A stretch of DNA of 64,000 nt from an uncultured Acidobacteriota bacterium. GTDB taxonomy: Bacteria; Actinomycetota; Acidimicrobiia; Spongiisociales; ZC4RG35. Both the position numbers and the translations under genes were made by a program. The notes under the pieces are model-generated. The model was not told where the DNA came from. It was given only the letters and a program-made list of their open reading frames with translations, and did no database searches. Shown here piece by piece: positions 49,547 through 60,006 of the stretch. The stretch is taken from positions 142,103 to 206,102 of the forward strand of contig CAWHEU010000025.1 in NCBI GenBank assembly GCA_963828465.1, written 5' to 3'. The stretch's first letter is position 1; every line of letters begins with the position of its first letter.

Positions 49547-52036
49547 TCAGTCCTGGCCGGCCATCTCCGGTTGTGGTGTCGCATCGGTCGGATCCGGTGG
49601 AGCGACTGCCTCGAATGTGAGCTCCTCGTTCTCGGCGTCGAGGCCAACGAGGATCGTGCTGCCCGCCTTGAACTCCCCGAGCAGGACGCGCTCGCTGAGG
49701 GGGTCTTCGAGCAGGCGTTGGATCGCCCGACGCAAGGGACGGGCGCCGAGCTCTGGGTCATAGCCACGGGTGCCGAGGTGCACCTTGGCATCATCGGTGA
49801 GAACCAGATCGAGGTGCTGCGACTCGAGCTGCTCTCGAACCCGATCCAACATCAGATCGACGATCAGCTTGAGCTCGTCCATGGTCAGCTCGTGGAACAC
49901 GATTATCTCGTCGAGCCGGTTGATGAACTCGGGGCGGAAGCTCTTCTTCAACTCCTCGGTGACCCGCTCCTTCATGTGCTCGTAGTCCATCTCCGAATCA
50001 CCAGCGTGGAAACCGACCGCCTTCTTGTGCAGGTCGCGCGTCCCCAGGTTCGAGGTCATGATGATGACGGTGTTCTTGAAGTCGACGGTCCGGCCCTGGG
50101 CGTCGGTCAAACGCCCTTCCTCGAGAATCTGGAGGAGGGTGTTGAACACGTCAGGGTGTGCTTTCTCGATCTCGTCGAACAACACGACCGAGAACGGCTT
50201 GCGACGCACAGCCTCGGTCAGCTGGCCGCCCTCGTCATAACCCACGTAGCCCGGGGGTGATCCGACGAGACGGCTGACCGTGTGCTTCTCCATGTACTCG
50301 GACATGTCGAGCTGGATGAGAGCGTCCTCCTGCCCGAAGAGGAATTGGGCGAGGGCCTTGGCGGTCTCGGTCTTGCCGACACCGGAGGGGCCGAGGAAGA
50401 TGAACGAGCCCGACGGCCGACGAGGATCCTTGAGCCCTGCGCGGGTACGACGGATCGCCTTCGACACCGCCGTGATGGCGTCGTGCTGGCCGATGATGCG
50501 CTTGTGCAACTCGTCCTCCATGTGGACGAGCCGTGCGGTCTCTTCTTCGGTGAGCCTGTGAACGGGGATCCCGGTCCACTGAGCTAGGACCTCCGCGATC
50601 TCCTCCTCATCGATCACCCAGCCGGTTTCACCCTCGCTGGCCTCCTTGACCGCACGATCGCTCAGCAACCCGCGCTCCTCGTCCCGGAGGTTGGCGGCCC
50701 GCTCGTAGTTCTCCCGGGAGACCGCGTCCTGCTTGTCCTCGCGCAGGGTGGAGAGCTTCTCGTCGATGGCGGTTATCTCGGGCACATCGCTGGTGCGATG
50801 GATGCGCTGGCGGCTACCCGCCTCATCGATGAGGTCGATCGCCTTGTCGGGAAGGAATCGGTCGGAGAGGTAGCGATCGGCCAGGTTGGCCGCAGAAACG
50901 ATGGCCTGGTCGGTGAAGCGCACCGAGTGGTGGGCCTCGTAGCGGTCCTTGAGACCCATCAGGATCTGGATGGTCTCGCTGACCGACGGCTCGTCGACCT
51001 GGATCGGCTGGAACCGGCGCTCGAGGGCGGAGTCCTTCTCCAGGTACTTGCGGTACTCCTCGAGGGTCGTGGCTCCTACCGTCTGCAGCTCACCTCTGGC
51101 GAGCATTGGCTTGAGGATCGAGGCGGCGTCGATGGCGCCTTCGGCAGCTCCGGCGCCTACCAGGGTGTGGATCTCATCGATGAAGAGGATGATGTCGCCC
51201 CGGCTCTTGATCTCTTTGAGCACCTTCTTCAGACGCTCCTCGAAGTCGCCTCGATAACGGGAACCAGCGACGAGGGCGCCGAGGTCGAGCGAATAGAGGT
51301 TCTTCCCCTGGAGATTGTCCGGGACTTCCTTGGCGATGATGCGCTGGGCGAGACCCTCGACGATGGCTGTCTTCCCCACACCGGGCTCGCCGATCAGCAC
51401 CGGGTTGTTCTTGGTGCGGCGGGAGAGGATCTGCATCACACGCTCGATCTCGCGGATCCTGCCGATGACCGGGTCCAGCTTCCGTTCCCGTGCCAGTTGG
51501 GTGTAATTCCTCCCGAACTGATCGAGGACGGTGGACCCGCCGGCGGCCGACTCGCGTCCTCCGCTCCCGGCGGGCTCGGATGATTGCTGCTCGCTACCGG
51601 CCGGACCGGAGAGCAGCTGGATCACCGTCTGGCGCACCTTCTGCAGCTCGGCCCCGAGCTGTTGGAGGACCTGTGCAGCCACACCCTCTCCCTCCCGGAT
51701 GAGGCCGAGGAGGATGTGCTCGGTGCCGATGTAGTTGTGGCCGAGCTGGAGCGCCTCACGAAGGCTGAGCTCTAGGACTTTCTTTGCCCGCGGGGTGAAC
51801 GGGATGTGGCCGGAGGGCGATTGCTGGCCCTGGCCGATGATCTTCACCACCTCTTCACGGACCGAGGCGAGGTCGATGTCGAGGCTCTCCAGCGCCTGGG
51901 CGGCGATGCCTTCCCCTTCGTTCAGGAGGCCGAGGAGAATGTGCTCGGTGCCGATGTAATTGTGGTTGAGCAGGCGCGCTTCTTCCTGGGCCAGAACGAC
52001 GACCCGGCGGGCACGGTCTGTGAAGCGCTCAAACAC
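49547..52036 (-). CDS. clpC: ATP-dependent Clp protease ATP-binding subunit ClpC
   Basis: [12 protein letters not shown], two Clp-N repeats, GEPGVGKT and GPSGVGKT Walker A, GSPPGYVG. Confidence 0.97.
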   Translation of the reverse strand: MFERFTDRARRVVVLAQEEARLLNHNYIGTEHILLGLLNEGEGIAAQALESLDIDLASVREEVVKIIGQGQQSPSGHIPFTPRAKKVLELSLREALQLGHNYIGTEHILLGLIREGEGVAAQVLQQLGAELQKVRQTVIQLLSGPAGSEQQSSEPAGSGGRESAAGGSTVLDQFGRNYTQLARERKLDPVIGRIREIERVMQILSRRTKNNPVLIGEPGVGKTAIVEGLAQRIIAKEVPDNLQGKNLYSLDLGALVAGSRYRGDFEERLKKVLKEIKSRGDIILFIDEIHTLVGAGAAEGAIDAASILKPMLARGELQTVGATTLEEYRKYLEKDSALERRFQPIQVDEPSVSETIQILMGLKDRYEAHHSVRFTDQAIVSAANLADRYLSDRFLPDKAIDLIDEAGSRQRIHRTSDVPEITAIDEKLSTLREDKQDAVSRENYERAANLRDEERGLLSDRAVKEASEGETGWVIDEEEIAEVLAQWTGIPVHRLTEEETARLVHMEDELHKRIIGQHDAITAVSKAIRRTRAGLKDPRRPSGSFIFLGPSGVGKTETAKALAQFLFGQEDALIQLDMSEYMEKHTVSRLVGSPPGYVGYDEGGQLTEAVRRKPFSVVLFDEIEKAHPDVFNTLLQILEEGRLTDAQGRTVDFKNTVIIMTSNLGTRDLHKKAVGFHAGDSEMDYEHMKERVTEELKKSFRPEFINRLDEIIVFHELTMDELKLIVDLMLDRVREQLESQHLDLVLTDDAKVHLGTRGYDPELGARPLRRAIQRLLEDPLSERVLLGEFKAGSTILVGLDAENEELTFEAVAPPDPTDATPQPEMAGQD

Positions 52037-52136
52037 TCTTGACTCCCAAGCCTGACATGAGCAACTTTACCACCGGGTGATCCTTGACCTTCGAGCATGC
52101 TTTCCGAGCGATGTGCACGTAATACCATCGTCACGG

Positions 52137-53129
52137 ATGGACGACCTCCAAAGTCTCATTCGCATACCCCGGGTGTGGGACTCGCTCACCCTCGTGGAGG
52201 AGCGTCTGCTCGAGGCCGCAACCGCAGACGATGCCTACCTGACCAAGATCGCCCAGCACCTGTTGCTGGCCGGCGGCAAGCGCTTTCGCCCGCTTCTCGC
52301 GCTGCTCGCTGCCGAGTTCGGGGAGGCCCGCGACCATCGTCCGGTGGAGGCAGGCGTCTCCGTCGAGCTCATCCACGTCGGGTCGCTCTACCACGACGAT
52401 GTCATCGACGAGGCAGACGTCAGGCGTGGAGCAGTATCGGTGAATGCCAACTGGAGCAACACGGTCGCCATCCTGGCCGGTGACTTTCTGATGGCTCGCG
52501 CCTCGGAGGTGGCGGCCACCCATCTCAGCCAGGAATCGGTGAGGCTTCTCGCTGCGACCTACGCCGAGCTCGTCGAGGGGCAGACCCGCGAGCTCCAGCT
52601 CGATTTCAACCTCGGCCATGGCGTCGCCGAATACGAACAGGTCATAGCCGGCAAGACGGCGTCGTTGATCCGGACCTCCGCCCGGCTGGGAGCACTGGCC
52701 GCCGAGGCGGACGATGACATCGTCGAGGCGCTCTCTGATTGGGCGTGGGAGGTCGGGATGGTCTTTCAGATCGCCGACGACGCCCTCGACCTGGTCGCTG
52801 ACGAGGAGGCCATCGGCAAACCCGCTGGTTCGGATATCCGGGAGGGGAAGTTCACGATGCCGGTACTGGAGGCGTTGTCAGGCCCGGACGGCGACCGGGT
52901 TCGGTCACTCCTCGAGAGCTCTCACCCCTACGCCGACGATGTGGTCAACGATGTGATCGAGATCGTCCGAGCCGGCGGGCATGTCGACTCGTCACTGGCC
53001 GAGGCCGCGCGCCACCTCGAGCTGGCATCGGGAGCCCTGAGCCGTGTCCCTGAGAGCGATGCCCGGGGGATCCTCGAAGGGCTGGGTGATTACCTGCTGG
53101 GTCGGGTCGAGACCGCCCGGGCCACCTGA
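52137..53129 (+). CDS. Long-chain polyprenyl diphosphate synthase (HepT/GrcC-like)
   Basis: GGKRFRP, HDDVID..RRG, GKTA, FQIADDALD. Confidence 0.92.
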   Translation: MDDLQSLIRIPRVWDSLTLVEERLLEAATADDAYLTKIAQHLLLAGGKRFRPLLALLAAEFGEARDHRPVEAGVSVELIHVGSLYHDDVIDEADVRRGAVSVNANWSNTVAILAGDFLMARASEVAATHLSQESVRLLAATYAELVEGQTRELQLDFNLGHGVAEYEQVIAGKTASLIRTSARLGALAAEADDDIVEALSDWAWEVGMVFQIADDALDLVADEEAIGKPAGSDIREGKFTMPVLEALSGPDGDRVRSLLESSHPYADDVVNDVIEIVRAGGHVDSSLAEAARHLELASGALSRVPESDARGILEGLGDYLLGRVETARAT

Positions 53130-54614
53130 TCAGGCCTCGGGCCGCAAGGTCGGGAAGAGAATGACCTCCCGGATGTGCGCCTGGTCGGTGAACAGCATCA
53201 CCAGGCGATCGACGCCGATACCCAACCCGCCGGTGGGTGGTAGCCCGTATTCCAGCGCCAGCAGGTAGTCGTGGTCGACGGGGTGTGCCTCCTCGTCCCC
53301 GGCGGCGCGGGCGGCGGCCTGCTCCTCGAACCTCAGTCTCTGGTCATCGGCGTCATTGAGCTCACTGAAGGCGTTGGCATATTCTGATCCGGCGATCACC
53401 AGCTCGAACCGGTCGGCCAGACGTGGATCGGTGACGCTGCGGCGAGCCAATGGTGAGATCTCGACCGGCTGATGGGTGACGAAAGTCGGGTCCCAGATCT
53501 CGGCCTCGACAATCTCCTCATACATCTCGGAGATGACCCTGGCCCCGCTCCACCCCTCTTCGATCTCGATCCCTCTCTCGCCCGCCAGCGAAGCCAGATC
53601 GTCGAGGGGAGTGTCAAGATCCACGTGGCTGCCCAGCTTTTCTGAGACGAGATCGATCATCGACGCCCGACGAAATGGTCGTGACACGTCGAGTTCTCGC
53701 CCCTGGTATGTCAGGCTCGTGCCTCCTGTCACCTCCCGGGCAACGTTGGAAACGACCTCCTCGGTGAGCTCCATCATGTCCGTGTAGTCGGCCAACGCCT
53801 GATACGCCTCCAGCATCGTGAACTCAGGGTTGTGGGTCGAGTCGATCCCCTCGTTTCGAAAGATGCGGCCGATCTCGAAGACTTTCTCCATCCCACCCAC
53901 CACGAGTCGCTTCAGATAGAGCTCCGTCGCGATGCGCAGGTTCATGTCCATGTTCAGGGCGTGATGATGCGTGGCGAACGGCCGGGCGGTGGCGCCGGTC
54001 GCCTGATGGAGAAGGATTGGTGTCTCGACCTCGACGAAACCACGAGCCTCGAACTGCCGGCGCAGCTCGCTGACCACCACCGCACGTGCCCGCGCTACCC
54101 GTCTGGCCTCGTCGTTGACCATGAGGTCGAGATACCGCCGACGGCTGCGCAGCTCGATGTCCTGCAGTCCGTGCCACTTTTCCGGCAAAGGGTGAAGGCT
54201 CTTCTGGAGGATGACGTAGTCGTCTGTCCGGACGCTCAATTCGCCCTTTCGGGTGGTCATGACGGTGCCGGTGGCCCCGAGCCAATCACCCAGGTCCACA
54301 TGGGCGAAGGCGTCCGCTTTCTCATCTCCGATCGTGGACCGGTCCACGAAGAGCTGGATCGTGCCGGTGTCGTCCTGGAGTGTTCCGAACTGCAGCTTGC
54401 CGAAGGAGCGGTGCAGCATCAGACGGCCGGCAACTGTCACCCTGTCGTCGGTCTCGGACCCTGCGGGGAGGTCGGCAAAGGTCTCATGAAGCTCGGCAGC
54501 CAGGTGGGAGCGATCGTATCTATGGGGGTAGCCGCCCGACTCGAGGATCTCCTGATGACGATCCCGTCGCCCGGCGACGAGTGGGTCCATGCCCTGGTCG
54601 GATGTCTCGCTCAT
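53130..54614 (-). CDS. lysS: Lysine--tRNA ligase (class II)
   Basis: LPEKWHGL, RYLDL, FRNEGIDSTHNPEF, GLPPTGGLGIGVDRL. Confidence 0.97.
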   Translation of the reverse strand: MSETSDQGMDPLVAGRRDRHQEILESGGYPHRYDRSHLAAELHETFADLPAGSETDDRVTVAGRLMLHRSFGKLQFGTLQDDTGTIQLFVDRSTIGDEKADAFAHVDLGDWLGATGTVMTTRKGELSVRTDDYVILQKSLHPLPEKWHGLQDIELRSRRRYLDLMVNDEARRVARARAVVVSELRRQFEARGFVEVETPILLHQATGATARPFATHHHALNMDMNLRIATELYLKRLVVGGMEKVFEIGRIFRNEGIDSTHNPEFTMLEAYQALADYTDMMELTEEVVSNVAREVTGGTSLTYQGRELDVSRPFRRASMIDLVSEKLGSHVDLDTPLDDLASLAGERGIEIEEGWSGARVISEMYEEIVEAEIWDPTFVTHQPVEISPLARRSVTDPRLADRFELVIAGSEYANAFSELNDADDQRLRFEEQAAARAAGDEEAHPVDHDYLLALEYGLPPTGGLGIGVDRLVMLFTDQAHIREVILFPTLRPEA

Positions 54615-54672
54615 GTCGCTCGGGTGGCCGGGTCAAGGCAGGGTAGTGGTCGGTCGGCCGGCTGATGGGCCG

Positions 54673-55551
54673 CTACGTGAGCCTGCTCGGCTCGCCGAGG
54701 AGCAACCCTCGATCGGGGACGGGCTTGCCGTCCGCCCAATCGAAGGTCACGTTGTCGATGAGACGCACTCCTCCGACGTGGGCGGCAACCGCCAGCACCG
54801 CTGGTCGATCGAGCTCTTCGATCGGAACCATGGTGTCCTGCGAGGCGAGGGTCGCGTAATCCACCTCCAACCCTTTCACGGAGCGGCGGACCGTTCCTTC
54901 GAGACGCTCGCCGCGCCGCTCGCCGGCGTCGACCTGCTCGGCAGCCTGGAAGAGACCACGACTGATGGCAAGTGCACGTTCCCGATCCATACGGGACAGC
55001 CTCACGTTCCGGCTGGACAGGGCGAGGCCGTCGGGCTCTCGCACCAGTGGGGCATCGATGACTGACACCGGGAACCTGAGGTCGCGCACCATCGACTTCA
55101 GGACGGCGAGTTGCTGGGCGTCCTTCCGGCCGAACATGGCGATGTCGGGTTGCAGACCGGCGAAGAGCTTGGCCACCACGGTGGCAACTCCCGTGAAGTG
55201 GCCTGCCCGGTAGCGGCCCTCCATCTCCTGTGAGACCCCGCCCACCTCGACGATCGTCGTCTCGCCCACGGGGTACACCTCGTCCTGTTCCGGCACAAAG
55301 ATCAGATCGACGTCATGCTCCGCGGCGAGTCCCGCGTCACGCTCGGTGTCCCTCGGGTATGCGGCGAAGTCGTCTTTGTCGTCGAATTGCGTCGGGTTGA
55401 CGAACAGGGAAACAACGAGAGTGTCACATCGCTCGCGCAACAGGTCCATCAGCGCCAAATGGCCCTCGTGGAGAAACCCGAGCGTTGGCAGGAGGCCGAC
55501 GGTGCCCTCGTACTTCTCCCGAGTGTCGGCGAAGGTGGCGGTCACCTCCAC
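54673..55551 (-). CDS. panC: Pantoate--beta-alanine ligase
   Basis: LHEGH, FVNPTQF, GHFTGV, GRKDAQQ, GLALSSRN, RLIDN. Confidence 0.95.
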   Translation of the reverse strand: MEVTATFADTREKYEGTVGLLPTLGFLHEGHLALMDLLRERCDTLVVSLFVNPTQFDDKDDFAAYPRDTERDAGLAAEHDVDLIFVPEQDEVYPVGETTIVEVGGVSQEMEGRYRAGHFTGVATVVAKLFAGLQPDIAMFGRKDAQQLAVLKSMVRDLRFPVSVIDAPLVREPDGLALSSRNVRLSRMDRERALAISRGLFQAAEQVDAGERRGERLEGTVRRSVKGLEVDYATLASQDTMVPIEELDRPAVLAVAAHVGGVRLIDNVTFDWADGKPVPDRGLLLGEPSRLT

Positions 55552-56335
55552 TGTTCGATGTCGTCTTTCCGACCGGCGCGAATCGCCGTTGCCTCAGCCA
55601 TCAGCCTGTACTGCCGCCCCACGGAGTCCGAGGTCCGACGTGCCGCCTCGAGTTGTCCGACCACAGTGGAGATGTCGCCCCGGGCGATCGGGCCGGTCAA
55701 AGGCGACTCGCCCACGATCTCATAGAGATTGGCCACCGCCTGCTCGACGAGGGGGCGGGTGACCAACGGGTCGATCCTGGCCGAGATCATCAGGTCCCCG
55801 GCTGTGGCGAGAGCGGTGATGACGAAATTGGCTGCCGCCGACGCACCGGCGTGATAGGCCGGCCTCGACTCGTCGGCGAGAGGGAACGGGTTCATGTCCA
55901 AGGAAGCTGGCCAGCTCCGTCAGGGTGGCCATCGCCACGGGACCTCCGCCGATGCCGACAAACGCGCCAGCCAAGGCGCCCGCCCCGCGTTCCGGGTCGG
56001 GCAGCGTCTGCAGAGGATGGAAGCCACCGGTGACGACTCCTTCGCGGGCTAGCTCATCGAGGGCGGTAACTGGGAGTGAATCCCGACATGTGGGCAGCCA
56101 CCGGCACCGTTCCGGCGAGGGGTGAGAGCCGACGCGACACTTCCTCGATGGCGTCGTCCCGCACCGCGATGAGGAGAAGGTCACACTCTGGCAAGGGATC
56201 ATCCCAGCTGAGGGTTGGCCCGTAGAGGCTGACATCTGATCGGGAGAGGACACCCGTTATCTGGTGACCCGAGCGAGCAGCGGCGAGTGCGATGGAGCCT
56301 CCAGCCCTTCCCGGGCCGGCAATTGTCAGTCTCAC
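55542..56335 (-). CDS. Rossmann-like plus DUF2520 protein (PanG-type ketopantoate reductase), frameshifted
   Basis: GPGRAG, AVRDDAI, HMSG, FHPLQT, YHAGA..AANF, LTGPIARGD; directly upstream of panC. Confidence 0.8.
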
Positions 56336-56412
56336 AGGTCTACCTCGGCCGGCGTGGCGGCGAGGCTAGCCAGCGGGCCGCGCAGCCCAGTCGAGTGTGC
56401 GACCGCGTCCGC

Positions 56413-56754
56413 TCAGGCCTGATCCTCGAGCTGGTTGGGTGTGATGACCGGCCAGTTTGAGTCCATCTCGGACTTCATGTCGTGGTAGCCGGTCCGGCGC
56501 TTCCAGAACTTGGTCTTCCAGACCTTGAATCTCCTACGTTCCAAATCTTGTGGGTCGGCGAGATGATTTTCATGATTGGACCCGGTGCCCCTCACCTCCG
56601 GCACGACTACGTCATCGGGGTCGTCGGTCATGTGCAACACCTGGTGGGTGTGATGTCGCACGGCACGATGCTGCTGCTTGCGCTCTTCGCGTTTCGGGCG
56701 GCCGTCGTTGTATCCGGGGATGTCCTGGCGATGCTCCCGCGACCGTTTTGCCAT
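56413..56754 (-). CDS. Small Arg/His/Lys/Trp-rich hypothetical protein
   Basis: 113-aa ORF with a strong AGGAGG RBS; RRRFKVWKTKFWKRR patch. Confidence 0.7.
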   Translation of the reverse strand: MAKRSREHRQDIPGYNDGRPKREERKQQHRAVRHHTHQVLHMTDDPDDVVVPEVRGTGSNHENHLADPQDLERRRFKVWKTKFWKRRTGYHDMKSEMDSNWPVITPNQLEDQA

Positions 56755-56759
56755 CTAGA

Positions 56760-56840
56760 TCATTCCTCCTGTCCTGGACTCTGCTGAATGTCCGAACCAA
56801 GAGGAGGGCCGCGGCCGCTTCCCATGAGTGGAACCTAGCA
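56760..56840 (-). promoter_or_regulatory. Extended -10 promoter, leaderless 21-codon uORF and SD-sequestering hairpin
   Basis: TGcTAGGTT (56832-56840) lies 6 nt before ATG 56825; uORF MGSGRGPPLGSDIQQSPGQEE*; CCTCCT pairs with AGGAGG. Confidence 0.6.
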
Positions 56841-56882
56841 CGGGTCCGGCTGTCTGTGTGAGGTTCGGAGGGAATGCCCGAA

Positions 56883-57386
56883 TCACCGATCCGACCCGTC
56901 CTCCAGCCAACTTTCGGCCAAGAGAGCCACTCCCTGGTTGGACACGAGGGTCCTGGCAGCCGCTGCGGTCAAACCCACTCCCACCACTGCCTCAGGCCAG
57001 ACATCACACAGTGGCTGGAGGACGAAGCGGCGCTCCGCTGCCCTCGGATGGGGGATTTGGAGATCGGGCGTCCGAACCGGGGCCCCATCGCTGGAGACGA
57101 TGTCCAGATCGAGCGTGCGTGGCCCCCAGTGCACCTCCCGTGACCTGTCGTGGGCGGCTTCGATCTGTTGGAGCGACACGAGGAGGTCATGAGGCTTCGA
57201 CACGGTGTCGAGGACCGCCACCGCGTTCAGAAACGGGTCCTGAGCCGGGCCGCCGACCGGATCCGTCTCATAGACACCCGAGACCGCCTCGACCGAACCC
57301 AGATCCTCGAGCTCGGCCACGGCCCGACGCAAATGCTCCAGCCGAGCGCCCTCGTTGGAGCCGAGGGCGATGGCGAAGCGGGTCAT
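56883..57386 (-). CDS. folK: 2-amino-4-hydroxy-6-hydroxymethyldihydropteridine pyrophosphokinase
   Basis: ALGSN, YET.P, FLNAV, WGPRTLDLDI, PHPR. Confidence 0.95.
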   Translation of the reverse strand: MTRFAIALGSNEGARLEHLRRAVAELEDLGSVEAVSGVYETDPVGGPAQDPFLNAVAVLDTVSKPHDLLVSLQQIEAAHDRSREVHWGPRTLDLDIVSSDGAPVRTPDLQIPHPRAAERRFVLQPLCDVWPEAVVGVGLTAAAARTLVSNQGVALLAESWLEDGSDR

Positions 57387-57742
57387 CGGGATCGATCGAC
57401 AGTGACGGCCACATCGGAAAACGTCAAGGGGATGGGGGCCTCGGGCTTGTGCACCGTCACCCTGACCCTGTCGACAAGGGGCTCATCGAGCACGGCCGTC
57501 GCAATCTGCTGGGCCACCGACTCGATCAAATCGTGGCTCTCGCTTTGCGCCAGATCGTGCGCCACCTGGGCCAGCTTTCCGTAGTCCACAGTGTCGGCTA
57601 GCTCGTCGGATGTGCCGGCGGTGGAAAGGTCGAGATACAGGGTCAGATCGATCCGGAATACCTGAGGCTCCTGCTTCTCGTGCTCGAGCACCCCGTGCCG
57701 GGCAACCACCTCGATTCCTTTGAGCTCGATCCGATCGGTCAC
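57383..57742 (-). CDS. folB: Dihydroneopterin aldolase
   Basis: HGVLEHEK, TVDYG, LIE, VHKPEAPI. Confidence 0.95.
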   Translation of the reverse strand: MTDRIELKGIEVVARHGVLEHEKQEPQVFRIDLTLYLDLSTAGTSDELADTVDYGKLAQVAHDLAQSESHDLIESVAQQIATAVLDEPLVDRVRVTVHKPEAPIPLTFSDVAVTVDRSR

Positions 57743-58233
57743 GAGGCGGCGGACGCCGGGATGAGCGAGCGGCCCTCCGGCCCCAGCGCACGTCCCAGAA
57801 TCTGCTGAATCACCGCCAGGGCGAGGATCGGGTCGTTGACGAGCCCGGAAACGACGAGGAACCCGCCGAGCAGCCCACCGACTGTGTCGTCGATCACCTC
57901 GCGGTGCACGAGGACCCTCGATCGTCGCTTGGCGGTCGCCTTCACAAGGGTGGCGAAGAACTCGTCGACGTCGTGGGTGGTGAGGTCAGGACCGATCGGT
58001 ACCGAGAATGTGGCGATCCCGGCCTCGCGATAGGCAAGCAGGTTTTGGTTGCCGGGAAGCATGGAAACCACGGTGTTGATCCCGGCCTCCTCCACCAGCC
58101 ATGTGATCTCCTCCTCGCGTCGCACCCGCCGATGCTGGAAGCCAGAGCCACCCACCCGCTCCGAGACAGCGAGACGATCGGTGATGACCCAGGTGAATCC
58201 CCGGGGCTTTAATCCTGCGACCATTCGTCCCAT
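57739..58233 (-). CDS. Dual-specificity-phosphatase-like fold protein lacking the catalytic Cys
   Basis: [32 protein letters not shown] in place of VLVHCxxGxxR. Confidence 0.55.
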   Translation of the reverse strand: MGRMVAGLKPRGFTWVITDRLAVSERVGGSGFQHRRVRREEEITWLVEEAGINTVVSMLPGNQNLLAYREAGIATFSVPIGPDLTTHDVDEFFATLVKATAKRRSRVLVHREVIDDTVGGLLGGFLVVSGLVNDPILALAVIQQILGRALGPEGRSLIPASAAS

Positions 58234-59066
58234 TGCTGGGGACTCACGATAGCGGCGGCCAGGCTCAGCGCCGCTCTTGACGAAACAACGTCGTGGACCC
58301 GAAAAACCCTTGCCCCACGCTCGAAACCGAGGGCGGTGGTAACTGCGGTGACCCCGTCGCGCCGGGCGGGGTCTTCGATGCCGGCCACACGTCCAAGAAA
58401 CGCCTTGCGCGACGTCCCCAGGACCACCGGGAAGCCCATCCCGGCGAGCTGCGCCAACCCGTCGATCAACTCCAGGTTGTGGGTGACCGTCTTTCCGAAC
58501 CCGATCCCTGGATCGACGGCGACCGCTGCCGGGGCGACCCCGGCGTCAATCACCAGTCCGGCCTTTGCATCGAGGAACGTCGTCACTTCGCCGACGACGT
58601 CGTCATACGTCGGCTCGCGCTGCATGGTTCTCGGCGTCCCTTTCATGTGCATGAGAACCACCCCGGCGCCCGACTCGCCGAGCACGTCTGTCATGCCAGG
58701 TGTAGAGGCGGCAGTCACGTCGTTGACGATTTCGGCCCCCGCATCGAGGGCGGCCCGGGCCACCTCGGGCTTCGAGGTGTCTATCGACACCACAGCCCCG
58801 GCGGCGACAAGTGCCTCCACGACCGGTATCACCCGGCGAAGTTCCTCGACGGCGGGCACCCCGTCGGCGCCCGGCCGGGTCGACTCGCCGCCGATGTCGA
58901 CGAGATCTGCACCCTGGTCGATCATGGCGCGTCCGGCGGCTACCGCCGCTGCCTCGTCGAGATGAAGGCCACCATCGGAGAAGGAGTCGGGAGTGACGTT
59001 GATCACGCCCATGATCACGCCCCTCGAAACATCCAGTTCCCTCGTGCGAAGTTTCCAGGCGCCCAT
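58209..59066 (-). CDS. folP: Dihydropteroate synthase
   Basis: [41 protein letters not shown]. Confidence 0.95.
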   Translation of the reverse strand: MGAWKLRTRELDVSRGVIMGVINVTPDSFSDGGLHLDEAAAVAAGRAMIDQGADLVDIGGESTRPGADGVPAVEELRRVIPVVEALVAAGAVVSIDTSKPEVARAALDAGAEIVNDVTAASTPGMTDVLGESGAGVVLMHMKGTPRTMQREPTYDDVVGEVTTFLDAKAGLVIDAGVAPAAVAVDPGIGFGKTVTHNLELIDGLAQLAGMGFPVVLGTSRKAFLGRVAGIEDPARRDGVTAVTTALGFERGARVFRVHDVVSSRAALSLAAAIVSPQQWDEWSQD

Positions 59067-59068
59067 GC

Positions 59069-59096
59069 GTAGAACGTAGAACCTAAAACGCAGAAC
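59069..59096 (+). repeat. Heptamer tandem repeat (4 units, GTAGAAC-like)
   Basis: GTAGAAC GTAGAAC CTAAAAC GCAGAAC. Confidence 0.6.
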
Positions 59097-59113
59097 GGCG
59101 AGCGGAGCGAGCG

Positions 59114-59714
59114 TCAGCGAGTAGTGCCGAAAAGCAGCGACATCGCCTCGGCTCTGGTGGCCGGCTGCGACTCCATGATCCCGCGGACCGCCGAAGTGAC
59201 AGTTGTCGCCCCTGGCTTCTTCACGCCCCGCATCGACATGCAGAGGTGCTCCGCCTCGACCACGACCATGACACCGAGGGGCTGAAGTCGCTCGCTCAGG
59301 GCGTCCGCGCACTTGGGCCGTCAGCCGTTCCTGCATCTGGGGCCGACGGGCGAAGCCCTCGACCAACCGGGCCAGCTTGGAGAGCCCGGTCACCTGTCCC
59401 TTGGGTATGTAAGCGACGTGGGCCTGACCATGGAACGGCACGAAATGGTGCTCACACATCGAGTAGAAGGGGATCTCCCGAACCATCACGATCTCCTGAT
59501 AGTGCTCCTCGCCAAAGAAGGCATCCACGACATCCCCGGGGTCACGATGGAGGCCGTCGAACACTTCGGCATAGAAGGCAGCCACCCGCTCCGGAGTCTC
59601 GAGGAGACCCTCGCGGTCCGGGTCCTCACCCAGGGCCTCGATGATCTCGCGCACCGCCTTTTCGATGCGACCTAGGTCGATGCTCTCCTCGATCTTCGGC
59701 TCGATCTCACTCAT
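59114..59714 (-). CDS. folE: GTP cyclohydrolase I; frameshift near 59310
   Basis: [36 protein letters not shown]; shifted frame continues [22 protein letters not shown] to TGA at 59114. Confidence 0.92.
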
Positions 59715-59769
59715 CCCCAAAGAAAATAGGCCGACCACCGCTTCGTATTCCGTCAAACTCCAAAATGAC

Positions 59770-59827
59770 TTGACAGGGATGTCATATTGGCATTACGGTA
59801 ATGTCATGATGACATCGCTATGATGTC
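59770..59827 (+). promoter_or_regulatory. Sigma-70-type promoter overlapped by ATGTCAT/ATGACAT operator repeats
   Basis: TTGACA (59770) N18 TACGGT (59794); GATGTCAT at 59778; ATGTCAT-G-ATGACAT at 59801-59815; GACATC-N5-GATGTC at 59811-59827. Confidence 0.7.
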
Positions 59828-59856
59828 GCACAGACGAGCCAGTAGAGGAGACGGAA

Positions 59857-59997
59857 ATGTTCATTCAGACCCCCGACGATCTGGAGCGGGCGTTGGGTCA
59901 GAGAATCAGACGAGTCCTCAGGAAGAAGGACCGAGACCCGATCGACCCCCCAACCCGAACCATCGTCAACACAGCCCGCTGGACCCACCCGACATAG
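59857..59997 (+). CDS. 46-aa small ORF (below the ORF-track cutoff)
   Basis: GAGGAG RBS; MFIQTPDDLERALGQRIRRVLRKKDRDPIDPPTRTIVNTARWTHPT*; stops 9 nt before the next gene. Confidence 0.55.
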   Translation: MFIQTPDDLERALGQRIRRVLRKKDRDPIDPPTRTIVNTARWTHPT

Positions 59998-60006
59998 GAT
60001 TCGGCG

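Noticed and set aside
58209-59756. Apparent 515-aa FolE-FolP fusion in the ORF track
   Set aside because: FolE similarity switches frame near 59310. The true C-terminus ([11 protein letters not shown]...) ends at TGA 59114, so the fusion is an indel artefact reading through intergenic repeats.
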